From contig JBLIRH010000001.1 in NCBI GenBank assembly GCA_049472215.1, positions 43,308 to 107,307 on the forward strand: DNA of 64,000 nt, read 5' to 3'. This document shows, in pieces, positions 48,506-59,089 of this stretch. The position numbers were made by a program, and so were the translations under genes. Position 1 is the stretch's first letter; every line of letters begins with the position of its first letter. Source of the stretch: Thermoplasmatota archaeon. GTDB lineage: Archaea; Thermoplasmatota; Penumbrarchaeia; Penumbrarchaeales; Penumbrarchaeaceae. The notes beneath the pieces are model-generated. The model ran no database searches and was not told the DNA's origin. It saw nothing but the letters and a program-made list of their open reading frames with translations.

Positions 48506-50380
48506 TCACAGCGGATCCGCTCCTATCACTTCTCCGGGCAGTTTCGAGTAGAAGATCTCGACCTCCTCGTATTCGTCCTTGTCCAGGCCAACCAGTGTGA
48601 AGCCGAGATGGATGGACCTTGCGGGTGCCAGGGGGCCGATGTCCCATTCGATTATTCCGGTCCTCGTCTTGTAGGTTTCAGGATATACACCCTGGACCAA
48701 TGTGTCCGGTACCTTGACAGCCAGTTTGAACTTCCTCTCCTTGTGTGTATAGTTCTGGACCCGTATCGTAACCTCGGTGAGCTGCTGTTTTTCTTCCCCT
48801 TCGCCGATCTCACGGAAGTGTATGCCGGAATCCACTACATGCACGTTCATGATCTTGGTGATGACCTCGTCGAGGGGGACCTGGGGTCTTTTCAGTATAT
48901 CGGAGCTCTTCCTGGCTATCTCCGGAAGGATCTCCTTGATCAGGGTATACTTCTCGGAGACCTTCTTTAGCTTCTTCTTCTTGTTGATGTGTGATTTCAC
49001 CCTCCGTCCGCAGTCCATGAGGGCCCTGGTACATTCATCGATGATCTCGTCGACGTCAGCTACCGCCTCCTTGGACTCCGAGGTGAAAGGGACGTTGGTA
49101 GAGGCGATATGGACCAGTATCACCGCAGGTCCGGCCGGAATGCCTTTCCCCCCCCGCTGTTCCAGGCCATATGGTCTCCAGTTTATCTTCTCCACCGCAT
49201 GGGTCATGGCGCAGCCCCCCTGCTGATAAAGCAGCGGGACCCTGTTCGCGAAACGGAGGATCTGCACAGTCTCACCTGGAGAAAGCTCCCCCCCGTAGAC
49301 TATACCTGCCTCGACCTGGAAGGGTGTCCCTCTGAAAACCTTCGGATCCCTCGTGACGGTGTATGCGAACTTGGAATCTATCTCTTTCCTGAGCCCCTTC
49401 CTTATCAACCGGTCCCCTATAGGGGATAGGCAGTCAGTAGGAGGCGACATGAACTTCATTTCCTGCATCACATTGTAGAGAACCTGCATGTTGTCGAGGT
49501 TCATTCTCTTGGGATTGCTCCCCTCCTTGATCTCCGCCTTTTCAAGTATATCCCTCGCCCCCCTTGGGGAGATCCTCGTGAATTCGTTGGTTAAAAAGGA
49601 GGTCATCTTGCGCGCTTCGGTGTATTGAAGCATGTTCTTCAGGACACCAAGTTCTATGCCATGGGGGTGAGGTTTGCTTTCCTTTGCAGATTCGGGCATT
49701 TTATCGACAACTCTCTGGAAATGGAAGTTTTCACCATCGGGGTCTTCGAAATGGATATCGACATGGGGATTTACGATCGCGGTCGATCTCAGATATTCGT
49801 AAACTGATTGTTTCTTGTTCTTCTGATAACGGCCCTCGATCTCGCAGCTGAACTCTGTCCCGTGGGGCGGGTCCCAGAGGACCACTTCGCTTGAAATGAT
49901 GTGCGGTCTGTTCGTTTTAGTATTTATCTGGATATCCATCCTGTTGCATGGGTAGGCATCCCCGATCTTTGAGATGATCGTGGTCGACTTCCCCGTCGTC
50001 AACTGAGAGTAGAGCACAACGGATGAGATACCTATGCCCTGCTGTCCCCTGGACTGCCTTATGGCGTGAAACCTGGAGCCGTATAGAAGCCTGCCGAAGA
50101 CGTTCGGTATCTGCTTCTTCACGATACCTGGTCCATTGTCCCTGATGGTAATGGTGAACCTGTCGCGGTCGTTCGCCTTCTGGATCTTTACGAATATGGT
50201 CGGAAGAATGCCGGCTTCTTCGCAGGCATCAAGGGAATTATCAACTGCTTCCTTTACGGATACCAGCATGGCCTTGGACGGATTGTCGAACCCTAGTATC
50301 TGACGGTTCTTGGCAAAAAAGTCCGATATGGAAATCTCCTTCTGGCTCTCGGCCATTTTCTGAGCATAAGGTACAACCAC
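48506..50380 (-). CDS. top6B: DNA topoisomerase VI subunit B (GHKL ATPase)
   Basis: Bergerat-fold motifs (EAVDNSLDA...; GISSVVL...; transducer domain). Adjacent to top6A. Confidence 0.9.
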   Translation of the reverse strand: MVVPYAQKMAESQKEISISDFFAKNRQILGFDNPSKAMLVSVKEAVDNSLDACEEAGILPTIFVKIQKANDRDRFTITIRDNGPGIVKKQIPNVFGRLLYGSRFHAIRQSRGQQGIGISSVVLYSQLTTGKSTTIISKIGDAYPCNRMDIQINTKTNRPHIISSEVVLWDPPHGTEFSCEIEGRYQKNKKQSVYEYLRSTAIVNPHVDIHFEDPDGENFHFQRVVDKMPESAKESKPHPHGIELGVLKNMLQYTEARKMTSFLTNEFTRISPRGARDILEKAEIKEGSNPKRMNLDNMQVLYNVMQEMKFMSPPTDCLSPIGDRLIRKGLRKEIDSKFAYTVTRDPKVFRGTPFQVEAGIVYGGELSPGETVQILRFANRVPLLYQQGGCAMTHAVEKINWRPYGLEQRGGKGIPAGPAVILVHIASTNVPFTSESKEAVADVDEIIDECTRALMDCGRRVKSHINKKKKLKKVSEKYTLIKEILPEIARKSSDILKRPQVPLDEVITKIMNVHVVDSGIHFREIGEGEEKQQLTEVTIRVQNYTHKERKFKLAVKVPDTLVQGVYPETYKTRTGIIEWDIGPLAPARSIHLGFTLVGLDKDEYEEVEIFYSKLPGEVIGADPL

Positions 50381-50467
50381 CGGGGAACCTCCAATGAGCA
50401 GTAGAACTGACCAGTGGTTATCCGAGTACCCGTTTTAAATCAACAGGTTGGGGTGGCCGAAAGAACA

Positions 50468-51964
50468 TCAATTCCTTTTCTTGAAATAGGTGACAAGGAA
50501 AATTACCGCAATGAGGAGAGGGAGCAGCGTTAGCATAAGTCCGAACGAGGACCATTGGAGGACTTCCCATGAGGACGCATCATCCAGGAAAATGTACTCG
50601 ATGGCCATTATCACGAAATTGCCAAGCGCATCTGCCAGGCCAATGCACGCGAAGATCAGGAACAGGACGTTCATCAATCTGCTCATCTCCTCCGACACCT
50701 CCCTCTGCCTGGTGTCGATGAACGTCCTCAGAACCTCGATGGTCGAGGAAAGAATGTCCCTTGAATGGGAAAGCTCGTCAAGAAGGATCGAAAGGTCTCT
50801 CCTTGCACCTTCGATATCCTTTTGAGTGATCCCTCCCAGAGTATGTGAGAGTCCTTCAAGCGATACTGTCTCCGTGTGGAGCGAGATCGAGATCGAGACC
50901 TCGGCCACCCTCTGGTGCATCTCCTGAAGCTTGGAGGTCGTCCTCATTATCTGGTGTTCGACCTCCGATACGAGGGAGAACCTAACAGATGCTCTCGTCA
51001 GGAGTTCCTTTTCGGTCTCAAAGCTTTCCCGGTCGAGGAAATCCTTCTCTTTTTTCTTCTTTTTGTCTCCCTTCGTTCTATCCTTTGGGACATAGAGCTG
51101 CATATGATTGTTGATATTGTTCTGGAGCTGGAAGATCTGGTCTTTGAGATCCCTCCCTTTCACGAATAGTCCCTTGAGGTCCCCTCTCTTCATCTCGGAG
51201 AAATGGGACTGCATCAAAAATAGCTCCAGAAGTTTCGCCTTTACCGCCATCAGGTTGATCAGGTAGGTTTGTCTGATCTGGTACAGTTTCTTCTCACTGG
51301 TCGTCGCTTCCCCATAGGGCGAGCTTGGAGATACCTGTATGGGACTCTCACCGTAGGTGCTCAGAGCCCTGATATCCCCAAGGTCCATTTCCAGGACCAT
51401 ATCGTGTGGGAAGGTCTCCCTAGACCTCCCCTGAGGATTTCCCAGGAGGTAGATGGAGGATGATACCTTACCATGCTGGATAGAATTGACGACCACCTCC
51501 CCCGTTCTATTCATGATCCTGTTGAGGTAGGATATGTTGGACTGTAGGAGGTCAAGATGTTCATCACCTCGGTCCTTGTAAAGGAACGAGATGTCAGAGT
51601 AGGTTTTCAACCATACCTTCTCGGTGCCTGCGCAGGTGAATATGTTGTAGTTGTAGATAGATGAATCCTTCATGATATGCGGCTGTAATTTTTCTATGAC
51701 TGCCTTCTTGTGGGCTCCTATCTCTTCGAATTTCACTTTTACGAGGTCCGGGGAGACATCACTCGTCCCTTTCACCTCGGGCAGGATATCCAGCATAAGT
51801 TCGATTACCGTCCAATCTTCCTTCAGGGACACGTCGCACTTTATACCTTTCAACTTGATGAATTCGGATTTCAAAGTTTCCAGGACCTTCTTCTCATTGT
51901 CCTTTTCGGTCCTGAAAAGGATAAGGGAGTAGACCTTTGGGTCGTATAATGTGAAGGTCCTCAA
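50468..51964 (-). CDS. Hypothetical coiled-coil membrane protein with CorA-like C-terminal topology but GNF in place of the GMN motif
   Basis: Long charged/coiled-coil middle (KKKKKEKD). C-terminus ...LFLIFACIGLADALGNFVIMAIEY...FGLMLTLLPLLIAVIFLVTYFKKRN gives two TMs flanking a loop motif, ending like CorA (FKKR). Confidence 0.3.
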   Translation of the reverse strand: MRTFTLYDPKVYSLILFRTEKDNEKKVLETLKSEFIKLKGIKCDVSLKEDWTVIELMLDILPEVKGTSDVSPDLVKVKFEEIGAHKKAVIEKLQPHIMKDSSIYNYNIFTCAGTEKVWLKTYSDISFLYKDRGDEHLDLLQSNISYLNRIMNRTGEVVVNSIQHGKVSSSIYLLGNPQGRSRETFPHDMVLEMDLGDIRALSTYGESPIQVSPSSPYGEATTSEKKLYQIRQTYLINLMAVKAKLLELFLMQSHFSEMKRGDLKGLFVKGRDLKDQIFQLQNNINNHMQLYVPKDRTKGDKKKKKEKDFLDRESFETEKELLTRASVRFSLVSEVEHQIMRTTSKLQEMHQRVAEVSISISLHTETVSLEGLSHTLGGITQKDIEGARRDLSILLDELSHSRDILSSTIEVLRTFIDTRQREVSEEMSRLMNVLFLIFACIGLADALGNFVIMAIEYIFLDDASSWEVLQWSSFGLMLTLLPLLIAVIFLVTYFKKRN

Positions 51965-52080
51965 TTTCCGTCACCCTCATGTCGGATACCGACATTTTGA
52001 AAATGTCGAACCCCCGAACGGAAACTAATCGGAGTGGTTTTATAATAAAATATGGGTCTTTTTCACTTTCAGTGAAACCA

Positions 52081-52926
52081 TCATCCCATACAGCAGCAAA
52101 TGCCTTTTTCTTCCACTTCATATCCCATGGAGGTGATCCATTCAAGGGTCGATCTCCTTGGAAGGACAATACCATCGAAACCTGCTTTCAAAACCTCCAC
52201 CTCAAGATCTGCTAGATCCTTGGGTCTCATGCATCCAAGGACCAATCTCCCCCCAAGTTTTTCCCTCATGTATCTCGCCAGGTGGAGCAGGTCTTGAAGG
52301 GACGGCGGCTCAACATCCTGGAAATCCGTTCCTATGGTCGGGATAAGGACGATCAACACAACCTCTACTGATCCAAGGCCGGAAAGTACCTTAACAGCAT
52401 CGAATTCCCAAGATATCTCGCCTCTCTTGAGGCCCGCAAGGATATGGGGCACGACCTCCACTCCCTGCTTCATCAATATATCAACCGTGGCAAGGTATTC
52501 TTCTTTCCCCTTGTCGAGGCGAAGTACCTCATTTATCGTTGTGTCGTCATACACAAAATCGAAAGAGACCTTATCCACACCTGCCCATGAGATCCTGCCC
52601 GCGACATCCTCATTGATCAGGCCGCAATGGAGGTTTATCAGGAGTCCAGTCCTTTCCTTGAGATCCTTGATCTCCTTGAAAGTGTATGAGGGGAAGTCTA
52701 CGGCGCCGAATTGGTCGCATCCTCCTGAGACCAGAATCCCCTTGCCCCCCTTCTTCCAAAGGTCAAGTCCAAATTCCAGCAGAGCTCCCTTGCCGGACAC
52801 ATCCTTCATCCCTCCCAGATACTTACCTGAGCAGTGGGCACATGACATAGCGCATCTATGTCCCGTTACCGATACCGAGGGGAATGATCTGCCTGGCCTG
52901 TAGATCGTTATCCTTCTCACGGACAC
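52081..52926 (-). CDS. Radical SAM domain protein (CxxxCxxC) with C-terminal Cys-Cys-Cys tail
   Basis: HRCAMSCAHCSG near the N-terminus. Ends ...EEKGICCCMG. Confidence 0.65.
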   Translation of the reverse strand: MSVRRITIYRPGRSFPSVSVTGHRCAMSCAHCSGKYLGGMKDVSGKGALLEFGLDLWKKGGKGILVSGGCDQFGAVDFPSYTFKEIKDLKERTGLLINLHCGLINEDVAGRISWAGVDKVSFDFVYDDTTINEVLRLDKGKEEYLATVDILMKQGVEVVPHILAGLKRGEISWEFDAVKVLSGLGSVEVVLIVLIPTIGTDFQDVEPPSLQDLLHLARYMREKLGGRLVLGCMRPKDLADLEVEVLKAGFDGIVLPRRSTLEWITSMGYEVEEKGICCCMG

Positions 52927-53018
52927 TCCATCGGGTATCCCTACTTATCATTTTTCCAGTAATAATCTGGAACTCCAGAGAATATTTATAATAGAACCTG
53001 GAATTAAAAGAGCTGTAG

Positions 53019-56000
53019 GTGTCAAAGACCGCTACCAGTGGGGTAAATGGAATGTCGATGAAGGTTTCAGATCCCTCGATCAGAAGGCCGCTCGTATCAA
53101 TTGCAGTACTCTTACTCCTTGCTCTCTCAGTCCATTTCGAGCCGGGAGGCATCTCCCCTGTACTCACAACGGATGCGGCATTGACCTCAATAGATCCGAT
53201 CGTGATCGAAGGGAACGCCGGCTTGGCCTCCCATCCGACCATCAGGTCCGGTGATGGGTCCACCCTCAACCCGTACATTATCTCGGACTATTCCATAGAC
53301 AGCTATTCCACCGGAAGATACGGCATCGCCATAAGGAACACAACCGCCCACCTTATCGTCCAGAACATCACGATAAGGGTTGCCGATGCTTCGATCGGCA
53401 TCTATCTGAGAGCCTACGGAAGCTACTCCATGAACATTGTTCTCAAGAATATTACAATAACGGGAGGAAGCACCCAGGTATATCTGTACGTCCCCATCAG
53501 GGTGTCCATCACAGATTGTACCTTCAACAATCCATCCATCTCCGGGAATGCTATCTACTCCTATTATGGTTATGAGCTGTTCATAACGAACAACACCTTC
53601 AACACTCCCAATATGGATGTGGACCTGGATTATTCGGCCCCCGTGGCGTTCAATCTCAACGAGGGCACTATCCGCAGATATGACCATCTCAGGTTCCGCT
53701 ACAGCAATTTCGCCAACAATTCCCTCTCCCTTTATTCTGCAACTTACACTTCCGGTTACTCCTCGGACCTCCAAGGGAACGAGCTGACATCCAGGACCGG
53801 ATCAGAGAACCTGGTAACGATCCTCGATTGCAATCGGATAAAGATAGCCAACAATACCCTTCAGGGCGGATATCATTCCATTTACGTTGAGCATCCCAAC
53901 ACAAACAGTCCGGTCTATACGAATTATCCGAGGGCCGCCTCCCTGCTTTTCGAATTCAATAACATCGAAGGTTCAGTCTATGACGGGATCAACTTCTACT
54001 ATACGACCAACCATGCAGCCATGACATATTTTAACATACTCAATAACCGCTTCACCAACTGTACCAGATACGCCATCTACCTGTCCGGAGGGGGAAGCTT
54101 CACATCGGTAGTATGGCGCAATGTTTTCGAGAACAATGACGGTTCCGGTGATACATACTCGATCTCATCCGTTCAGGTTTTCGACCGGTATGGTCAGTTC
54201 TCATGGGACAATGGATACATAGGCAACTACTGGAAAGATAAAAGGACTCCGGACGATGACAGCGACGGTTTCGTCGATGAAGGTTTCTACAGTGTCGGGG
54301 GAACGTCAAGCAGGAAGGATAATCATCCGGTCTCGAATCCCTATTTCGATTTCGAAAAGCCGTACCTGAGAATACTGACACCTTCAGGGAGGTTCGTTCC
54401 CAATAGCTATGTCAATTTTACCTGGGAAGCAAGTGATGACCTCAGTGGAATGCACAAGATGGAGGTTAAGAACGGCCTTCAACCCTGGGTGGATGCTACC
54501 AGGTGGGGCCATTTCGGATTGTTCCTGGTCCAGGGCAATTACAAGATCAAGGTAAGGGCGACCGACAGAGCGCTTTTAAAGAACGAGATAGAACTGGAGA
54601 TCTTCGTTAACCGAACGGTACTTCCCTTCTCCATCTCCTCACCTCAAACGGATAGATTCTACAACAATACGGTAATCCCCTGCACCTGGTCGACTATCGA
54701 TACCTTCATTCCCTTGAACATCACCTATAGTCTTGACAACGGTCCGTACGTAGTGGAAGATACCGGCGGTCCTTTCGACATAGAGGCCTCTGAGGGGGAG
54801 CATATTCTGAAAGTGATCTTCTATGACCATTACGGCAATGCCATCGAAAGATCGATATCCTTCACTGTGGACACAAGCGAGCCGTTGGTGGATATCCTCT
54901 ACCCCGCGGAGGGATCGGTGATATCGAACGAGCTCGTGAATTTCCAATGGGACCGATCGGACAACTTCGGAGTCTCAGCTACCTTTGTCCGGATCGATGG
55001 CGGCGATCTCATCGAGAAGTCCACCAATTATTTCTCAGAGATCCTGGCAACCGGATCACATACCCTGGATGTCCTCGTATTCGATCAAGCGGGAAACCGG
55101 GGACAGGATTCGATCAATTTCGTCATATCCAAGAATACCTCCCTAAATATTGTATCTCCTCGTCTGACCAGACCAACCTCGAATGGAAGGCTCAGCGTAG
55201 TCTGGGAATACGTGGTGGCCAACCTCAGGATAGATTCCCTTGAACTTCTGATAGATAATCAGCCCGCGATCGTTCTAGATACATCTGCAACCTCGCATGA
55301 GATAACCCTGACATCGGATGGTGTCCACAGAATATCTGTGGAAGCGAAGGACCCAGTGAAGAATCTCATTTCGGACACTGTCGAGGTGGTGCTTGACAAG
55401 ACTGCCCCGGTCCCCGATTTCCAGTTCCCCTCGGATGGAGCATATCTCAATCACACTAACATCGATCTCCAATGGAATGCAATTGAAAAGTGGGGTTTGG
55501 ACCATTACGAACTTTATACGGACGGGATATTGAAGGCGGGGGGTATCAAGCAAGGTTCCTACTCTCTGGACCTCTCTCCAGGTAAGCATGTTCTGAAGAT
55601 AAAGGCCTTCGATCAGGCCGGAAACGTTGGAGAGAGGGAGATATCTGTAACCATCGATATGAGTGCTCCGAACCTCGAGCTGATCGAACCTGCCGGCACT
55701 GTATTCACAGAACCTTACGTCACGTTCCGGTGGTCCGGTGAGGATGATCACGAGATCGACCATTACAACTTCACCATGGACCAGAAACCTGTAGAGGAGC
55801 TCGGCCTTGCCACGAGCAGACAAATGCAGCTTTCAGAGGGGTACCACCTGTTCATATTGAGATGCTCGGACCTGGCAGGCAATACCAAGACCATACTGAA
55901 GGAGTTCCTGGTGGACCTCAATGACCCGGAGGTTTCATTCAAGAACCCGCCGGGAGACTTTGTTAAGATATTCAATGGATTGATCGAGTGGGAGATAACG

Positions 56001-56951
56001 GAAGCGAACGGTGTGGAGGAGATCACCCTGACCATAGACGGTATCGACTACGAAGTATCCCCCACCTCAAGGTACTTCATTTTCGACATGGAGACGGGGA
56101 GACATTCCGTTTCCATTGTTGTTTCGGATCCAAGCGGCAGATCAGCGTCGGCGGATTTCGTTTTCACGATAGATCCGGACCCGCCGTTGATATCCAAATC
56201 CGAGACGGATATCAGGGTCAGGGGCAACAGGATCGAGATCTTCTGGACCCTTGGAGAAGGGGAGGAGAACCTTACAAAGGCGCTATATCTGGATGGCAGG
56301 CAGGTCAACATAGATTTCGGTCTGTCCGAAGGATCCTTCGTTTTCGCAGAGCTGGAGATCGGGAACCATTCCATCACCTTGGAGGTACAGGATAGAGCGG
56401 GGAACTCGAAGACCCTGGAATGGGATTTCCAGGTCAAGCGGTCGGACTCGAGCGAGGCTGGATCCACAAGTTCGATCGGTGTCCTGATCGCAGTGCTCCT
56501 GCTGTTCATTGTTCTGGCTGCTTTGGGCGCTTTCTATTTCGTATACTGGAGGAAAAGACCAAAGGAGGAAAAGAGAACACTGAAAGCTCCCGGGAGGCCA
56601 GAGAAATTGACCTTTGCCCCTCGTCCTCACGTGCCGGTGTCCGCCCCCCACCAACCCCGGGTGCAGCATCATTCAAGACCGGGCTCGACCGCTGGTAGGT
56701 CTTCACATGGTCAACATGGATATATTAGACCCGAACCGGCCAGGATAACGGAGGTCAAGCGGACGATAATAGATGCTCCACCGGTTGGCACAAAGGAAAC
56801 AAGGGAGAGATCAATGCATACATCACCGAAGACAGAAAAGACCTCAGAAGGTACCGCTGGTAAGCAAGATGATGTCGAGGACTGGGGCGAGGTAGAGGAC
56901 TGGGACCATGCTGACGAGGTCGAGGAATGGGAGGACATGGAGGAACTCTGA
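53019..56951 (+). CDS. Giant (1310 aa) surface glycoprotein: N-terminal parallel beta-helix region, multiple Ig/FN3-like beta-sandwich modules, TM anchor and Pro/acidic cytoplasmic tail
   Basis: Signal peptide. Beta-helix rungs. Repeated ~90-aa units each with a conserved W (F.WS..D., L.W.A.D) in at least seven modules. TM IGVLIAVLLLFIVLAALGAFYFVYW. Tail rich in P/E/D/W. Confidence 0.7.
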   Translation: MSKTATSGVNGMSMKVSDPSIRRPLVSIAVLLLLALSVHFEPGGISPVLTTDAALTSIDPIVIEGNAGLASHPTIRSGDGSTLNPYIISDYSIDSYSTGRYGIAIRNTTAHLIVQNITIRVADASIGIYLRAYGSYSMNIVLKNITITGGSTQVYLYVPIRVSITDCTFNNPSISGNAIYSYYGYELFITNNTFNTPNMDVDLDYSAPVAFNLNEGTIRRYDHLRFRYSNFANNSLSLYSATYTSGYSSDLQGNELTSRTGSENLVTILDCNRIKIANNTLQGGYHSIYVEHPNTNSPVYTNYPRAASLLFEFNNIEGSVYDGINFYYTTNHAAMTYFNILNNRFTNCTRYAIYLSGGGSFTSVVWRNVFENNDGSGDTYSISSVQVFDRYGQFSWDNGYIGNYWKDKRTPDDDSDGFVDEGFYSVGGTSSRKDNHPVSNPYFDFEKPYLRILTPSGRFVPNSYVNFTWEASDDLSGMHKMEVKNGLQPWVDATRWGHFGLFLVQGNYKIKVRATDRALLKNEIELEIFVNRTVLPFSISSPQTDRFYNNTVIPCTWSTIDTFIPLNITYSLDNGPYVVEDTGGPFDIEASEGEHILKVIFYDHYGNAIERSISFTVDTSEPLVDILYPAEGSVISNELVNFQWDRSDNFGVSATFVRIDGGDLIEKSTNYFSEILATGSHTLDVLVFDQAGNRGQDSINFVISKNTSLNIVSPRLTRPTSNGRLSVVWEYVVANLRIDSLELLIDNQPAIVLDTSATSHEITLTSDGVHRISVEAKDPVKNLISDTVEVVLDKTAPVPDFQFPSDGAYLNHTNIDLQWNAIEKWGLDHYELYTDGILKAGGIKQGSYSLDLSPGKHVLKIKAFDQAGNVGEREISVTIDMSAPNLELIEPAGTVFTEPYVTFRWSGEDDHEIDHYNFTMDQKPVEELGLATSRQMQLSEGYHLFILRCSDLAGNTKTILKEFLVDLNDPEVSFKNPPGDFVKIFNGLIEWEITEANGVEEITLTIDGIDYEVSPTSRYFIFDMETGRHSVSIVVSDPSGRSASADFVFTIDPDPPLISKSETDIRVRGNRIEIFWTLGEGEENLTKALYLDGRQVNIDFGLSEGSFVFAELEIGNHSITLEVQDRAGNSKTLEWDFQVKRSDSSEAGSTSSIGVLIAVLLLFIVLAALGAFYFVYWRKRPKEEKRTLKAPGRPEKLTFAPRPHVPVSAPHQPRVQHHSRPGSTAGRSSHGQHGYIRPEPARITEVKRTIIDAPPVGTKETRERSMHTSPKTEKTSEGTAGKQDDVEDWGEVEDWDHADEVEEWEDMEEL

Positions 56952-57430
56952 TGCCGTTATCCCCCCAGCGTTTTCTCCAATGGTCAAGGTATGGTATGGA
57001 GCCGTTCAACTGGATAGTCCCGGGCAGGCTTATGGCTTCAGTTTATCCGAGATCATGGGAATATCTTGGATACCTCCGGGAAACCGAAGGCATCGAATTG
57101 GCGATCAATCTCGCGGAGAACCCCTGGCCTGAAGAATGGTCAGAAGCCTCCGGGGTAAGGTGCCATCATGTTCCGATAATCGACATGTCCGTTCCTTCCA
57201 GGGAGCAGGTCATCGAGACGATCGACATCATATCGGGGCATGACGGTCCAGTTATGGTCCACTGCGCAGCAGGTATTGGAAGGACGGGGACAGTAATTGC
57301 CCTTTACCTTGTGAACCAGGGGGACCCGCCAGGGGACGCGATCAAACTCGTAAGAAGTATGAGGACTGGATCGATCCAGACAACCCAGCAGGAGAGGATG
57401 ATCTATGAATGGGCAAAAAGAGGCAGGTGA
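56951..57430 (+). CDS. Dual-specificity/tyrosine protein phosphatase (CX5R)
   Basis: VHCAAGIGRTGTVIAL P-loop. Start ATG overlaps the stop of the giant gene (TGATG). Confidence 0.7.
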   Translation: MPLSPQRFLQWSRYGMEPFNWIVPGRLMASVYPRSWEYLGYLRETEGIELAINLAENPWPEEWSEASGVRCHHVPIIDMSVPSREQVIETIDIISGHDGPVMVHCAAGIGRTGTVIALYLVNQGDPPGDAIKLVRSMRTGSIQTTQQERMIYEWAKRGR

Positions 57431-57440
57431 CGGAGCGGTC

Positions 57441-58172
57441 ATGGACGTGATCGTTCTCGCCGGTGGATTTGCGAAGAGGATGTGGCCCCTGACGAAGGAC
57501 AGGCCCAAGCATCTATTACCGATCGCAGGCAGACCGATGCTCAGCTATACACTCGATTCCCTTTTGGAGATGACCGAGGTCGGCTCGATATTCGTATCCA
57601 CGAACGAGGCTTTCAAGGAACATTTCGAGGAGTTTATCGAAAATTACGATCCAAAGAGGGTCAAGCTCGTCATCGAGCCATCTCCCACGGAAGAGAAGAA
57701 GCTCGGATCTATCGGAGGACTAGGATTCCTTATAGAAAGCCAGGGCCTCTTCCGCGATACGATGGTGATCGGTGGTGACAACCTCTTCGAGTTCCATCCG
57801 AAGGAAGCGATCGAAGCTTTCCGAAAGGCCGGGAAGGACCTTGTGGCCGTTTACGACGTGGGATCACCGGACCAGGCCAGACTGTATGGCATTGTTGATC
57901 TGAACAAGGATGGAGTGATCGCCCGCTTCCTCGAGAAACCGGAATCTCCCCCATCCACCCTTGCCGCCACTGCCTTTTACATCTTCAATTCGGATACGGT
58001 CTCAATGGTCCTGCAATATCTGAACGAAGGTGGAAAACCGGACGCGTTGGGCCATTTCATCACATACCTGGTGGAGAGGAAACCCGTTTACGCATGGAGG
58101 TTTGCCGGTCGCTGGTTCGATATAGGATCCCTCGAAGTCTACCACGAGGCCGATGAATATTTCAGAAAATGA
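57441..58172 (+). CDS. Sugar-1-phosphate nucleotidylyltransferase (NTP_transferase fold)
   Basis: MDVIVLAGGFAKRMWPLTKDRPKHLLPIAGRPML is the canonical start and motif. Confidence 0.75.
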   Translation: MDVIVLAGGFAKRMWPLTKDRPKHLLPIAGRPMLSYTLDSLLEMTEVGSIFVSTNEAFKEHFEEFIENYDPKRVKLVIEPSPTEEKKLGSIGGLGFLIESQGLFRDTMVIGGDNLFEFHPKEAIEAFRKAGKDLVAVYDVGSPDQARLYGIVDLNKDGVIARFLEKPESPPSTLAATAFYIFNSDTVSMVLQYLNEGGKPDALGHFITYLVERKPVYAWRFAGRWFDIGSLEVYHEADEYFRK

Positions 58173-58196
58173 TTTAACCCCTACATCAGTTCGACC

Positions 58197-58970
58197 ATGG
58201 GTTCCATGAGCCGGAGAGGAACATATTTAGCAGTTCTCTTATTGGTCCTGATCGCTCTATGCACTGGATCAGCAAGTTCCATAACCTACTTCTCCGAGAT
58301 CGAGGATGAAAGAGATGACGTTCGTTATTTCTCCATAATAGACGAGGAATTCTATCGAAAAGGTGGAAAGAGCGAGATAGATATAATCAGGGTCCGAAGC
58401 GAGCAAAACGGCAGCATGATCGTGCTCTCCATGACCGTGGACGGAACGATAGATACGAGCGGAACGTCGACATATTTTATCAATGTCCGGACCTCCGATG
58501 AAATAGACTATCTCCTCGATGAAGATACTTCATTCCGCTATAATGGGACCGCATCAGCTGTCTTCTTCTACCAGAACATGACCTCGGTTGATGTCATGAA
58601 CAACACTATCATACGCGGAAACACACTTGAGTTCTCTCTATCTCAAGAGTTCTTCAAAGACTCGGTCATCTTCGAGCTCTCCGGAATGACGATGCAGTGG
58701 GATGTGGAGGACCTGGAGACCTATATGGACACCACGGACGATCTTCCCTTCGAAGATATCAGGAGAAACAGTGATTACTACTGGATCTACTATCTCGTGG
58801 TTTGCCTTGTCGTGATATTCGCCATTGTCGGGTTCATCATCAACTGGAAGTTCAAGAGATTGTGGAAGAGGAACAAGGCCCGCTTCTGTCTGATCTGCGG
58901 CGGGCTCATGCAGGAAGGGGATATCGACTGCAGGTTCTGCGGTCACAGATACAAACCCATAAGGAAATGA
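58197..58970 (+). CDS. Secreted/membrane protein with C-terminal TM and cytoplasmic zinc ribbon
   Basis: Signal peptide (lipobox-like ALCTG). TM YYLVVCLVVIFAIVGFII. C-terminal CLICGG...CRFCGH. Confidence 0.4.
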   Translation: MGSMSRRGTYLAVLLLVLIALCTGSASSITYFSEIEDERDDVRYFSIIDEEFYRKGGKSEIDIIRVRSEQNGSMIVLSMTVDGTIDTSGTSTYFINVRTSDEIDYLLDEDTSFRYNGTASAVFFYQNMTSVDVMNNTIIRGNTLEFSLSQEFFKDSVIFELSGMTMQWDVEDLETYMDTTDDLPFEDIRRNSDYYWIYYLVVCLVVIFAIVGFIINWKFKRLWKRNKARFCLICGGLMQEGDIDCRFCGHRYKPIRK

Positions 58971-59089
58971 TCCTGTGCTCCTAGACCATGGCGGAAATGT
59001 GCCGTATATCTGGATGAACCCCAAGTTTCGATATCCTCCCCGTAAAGAATATCTCATATGCGCGGTTCTTTGGACCGAGGGAGGTATCT

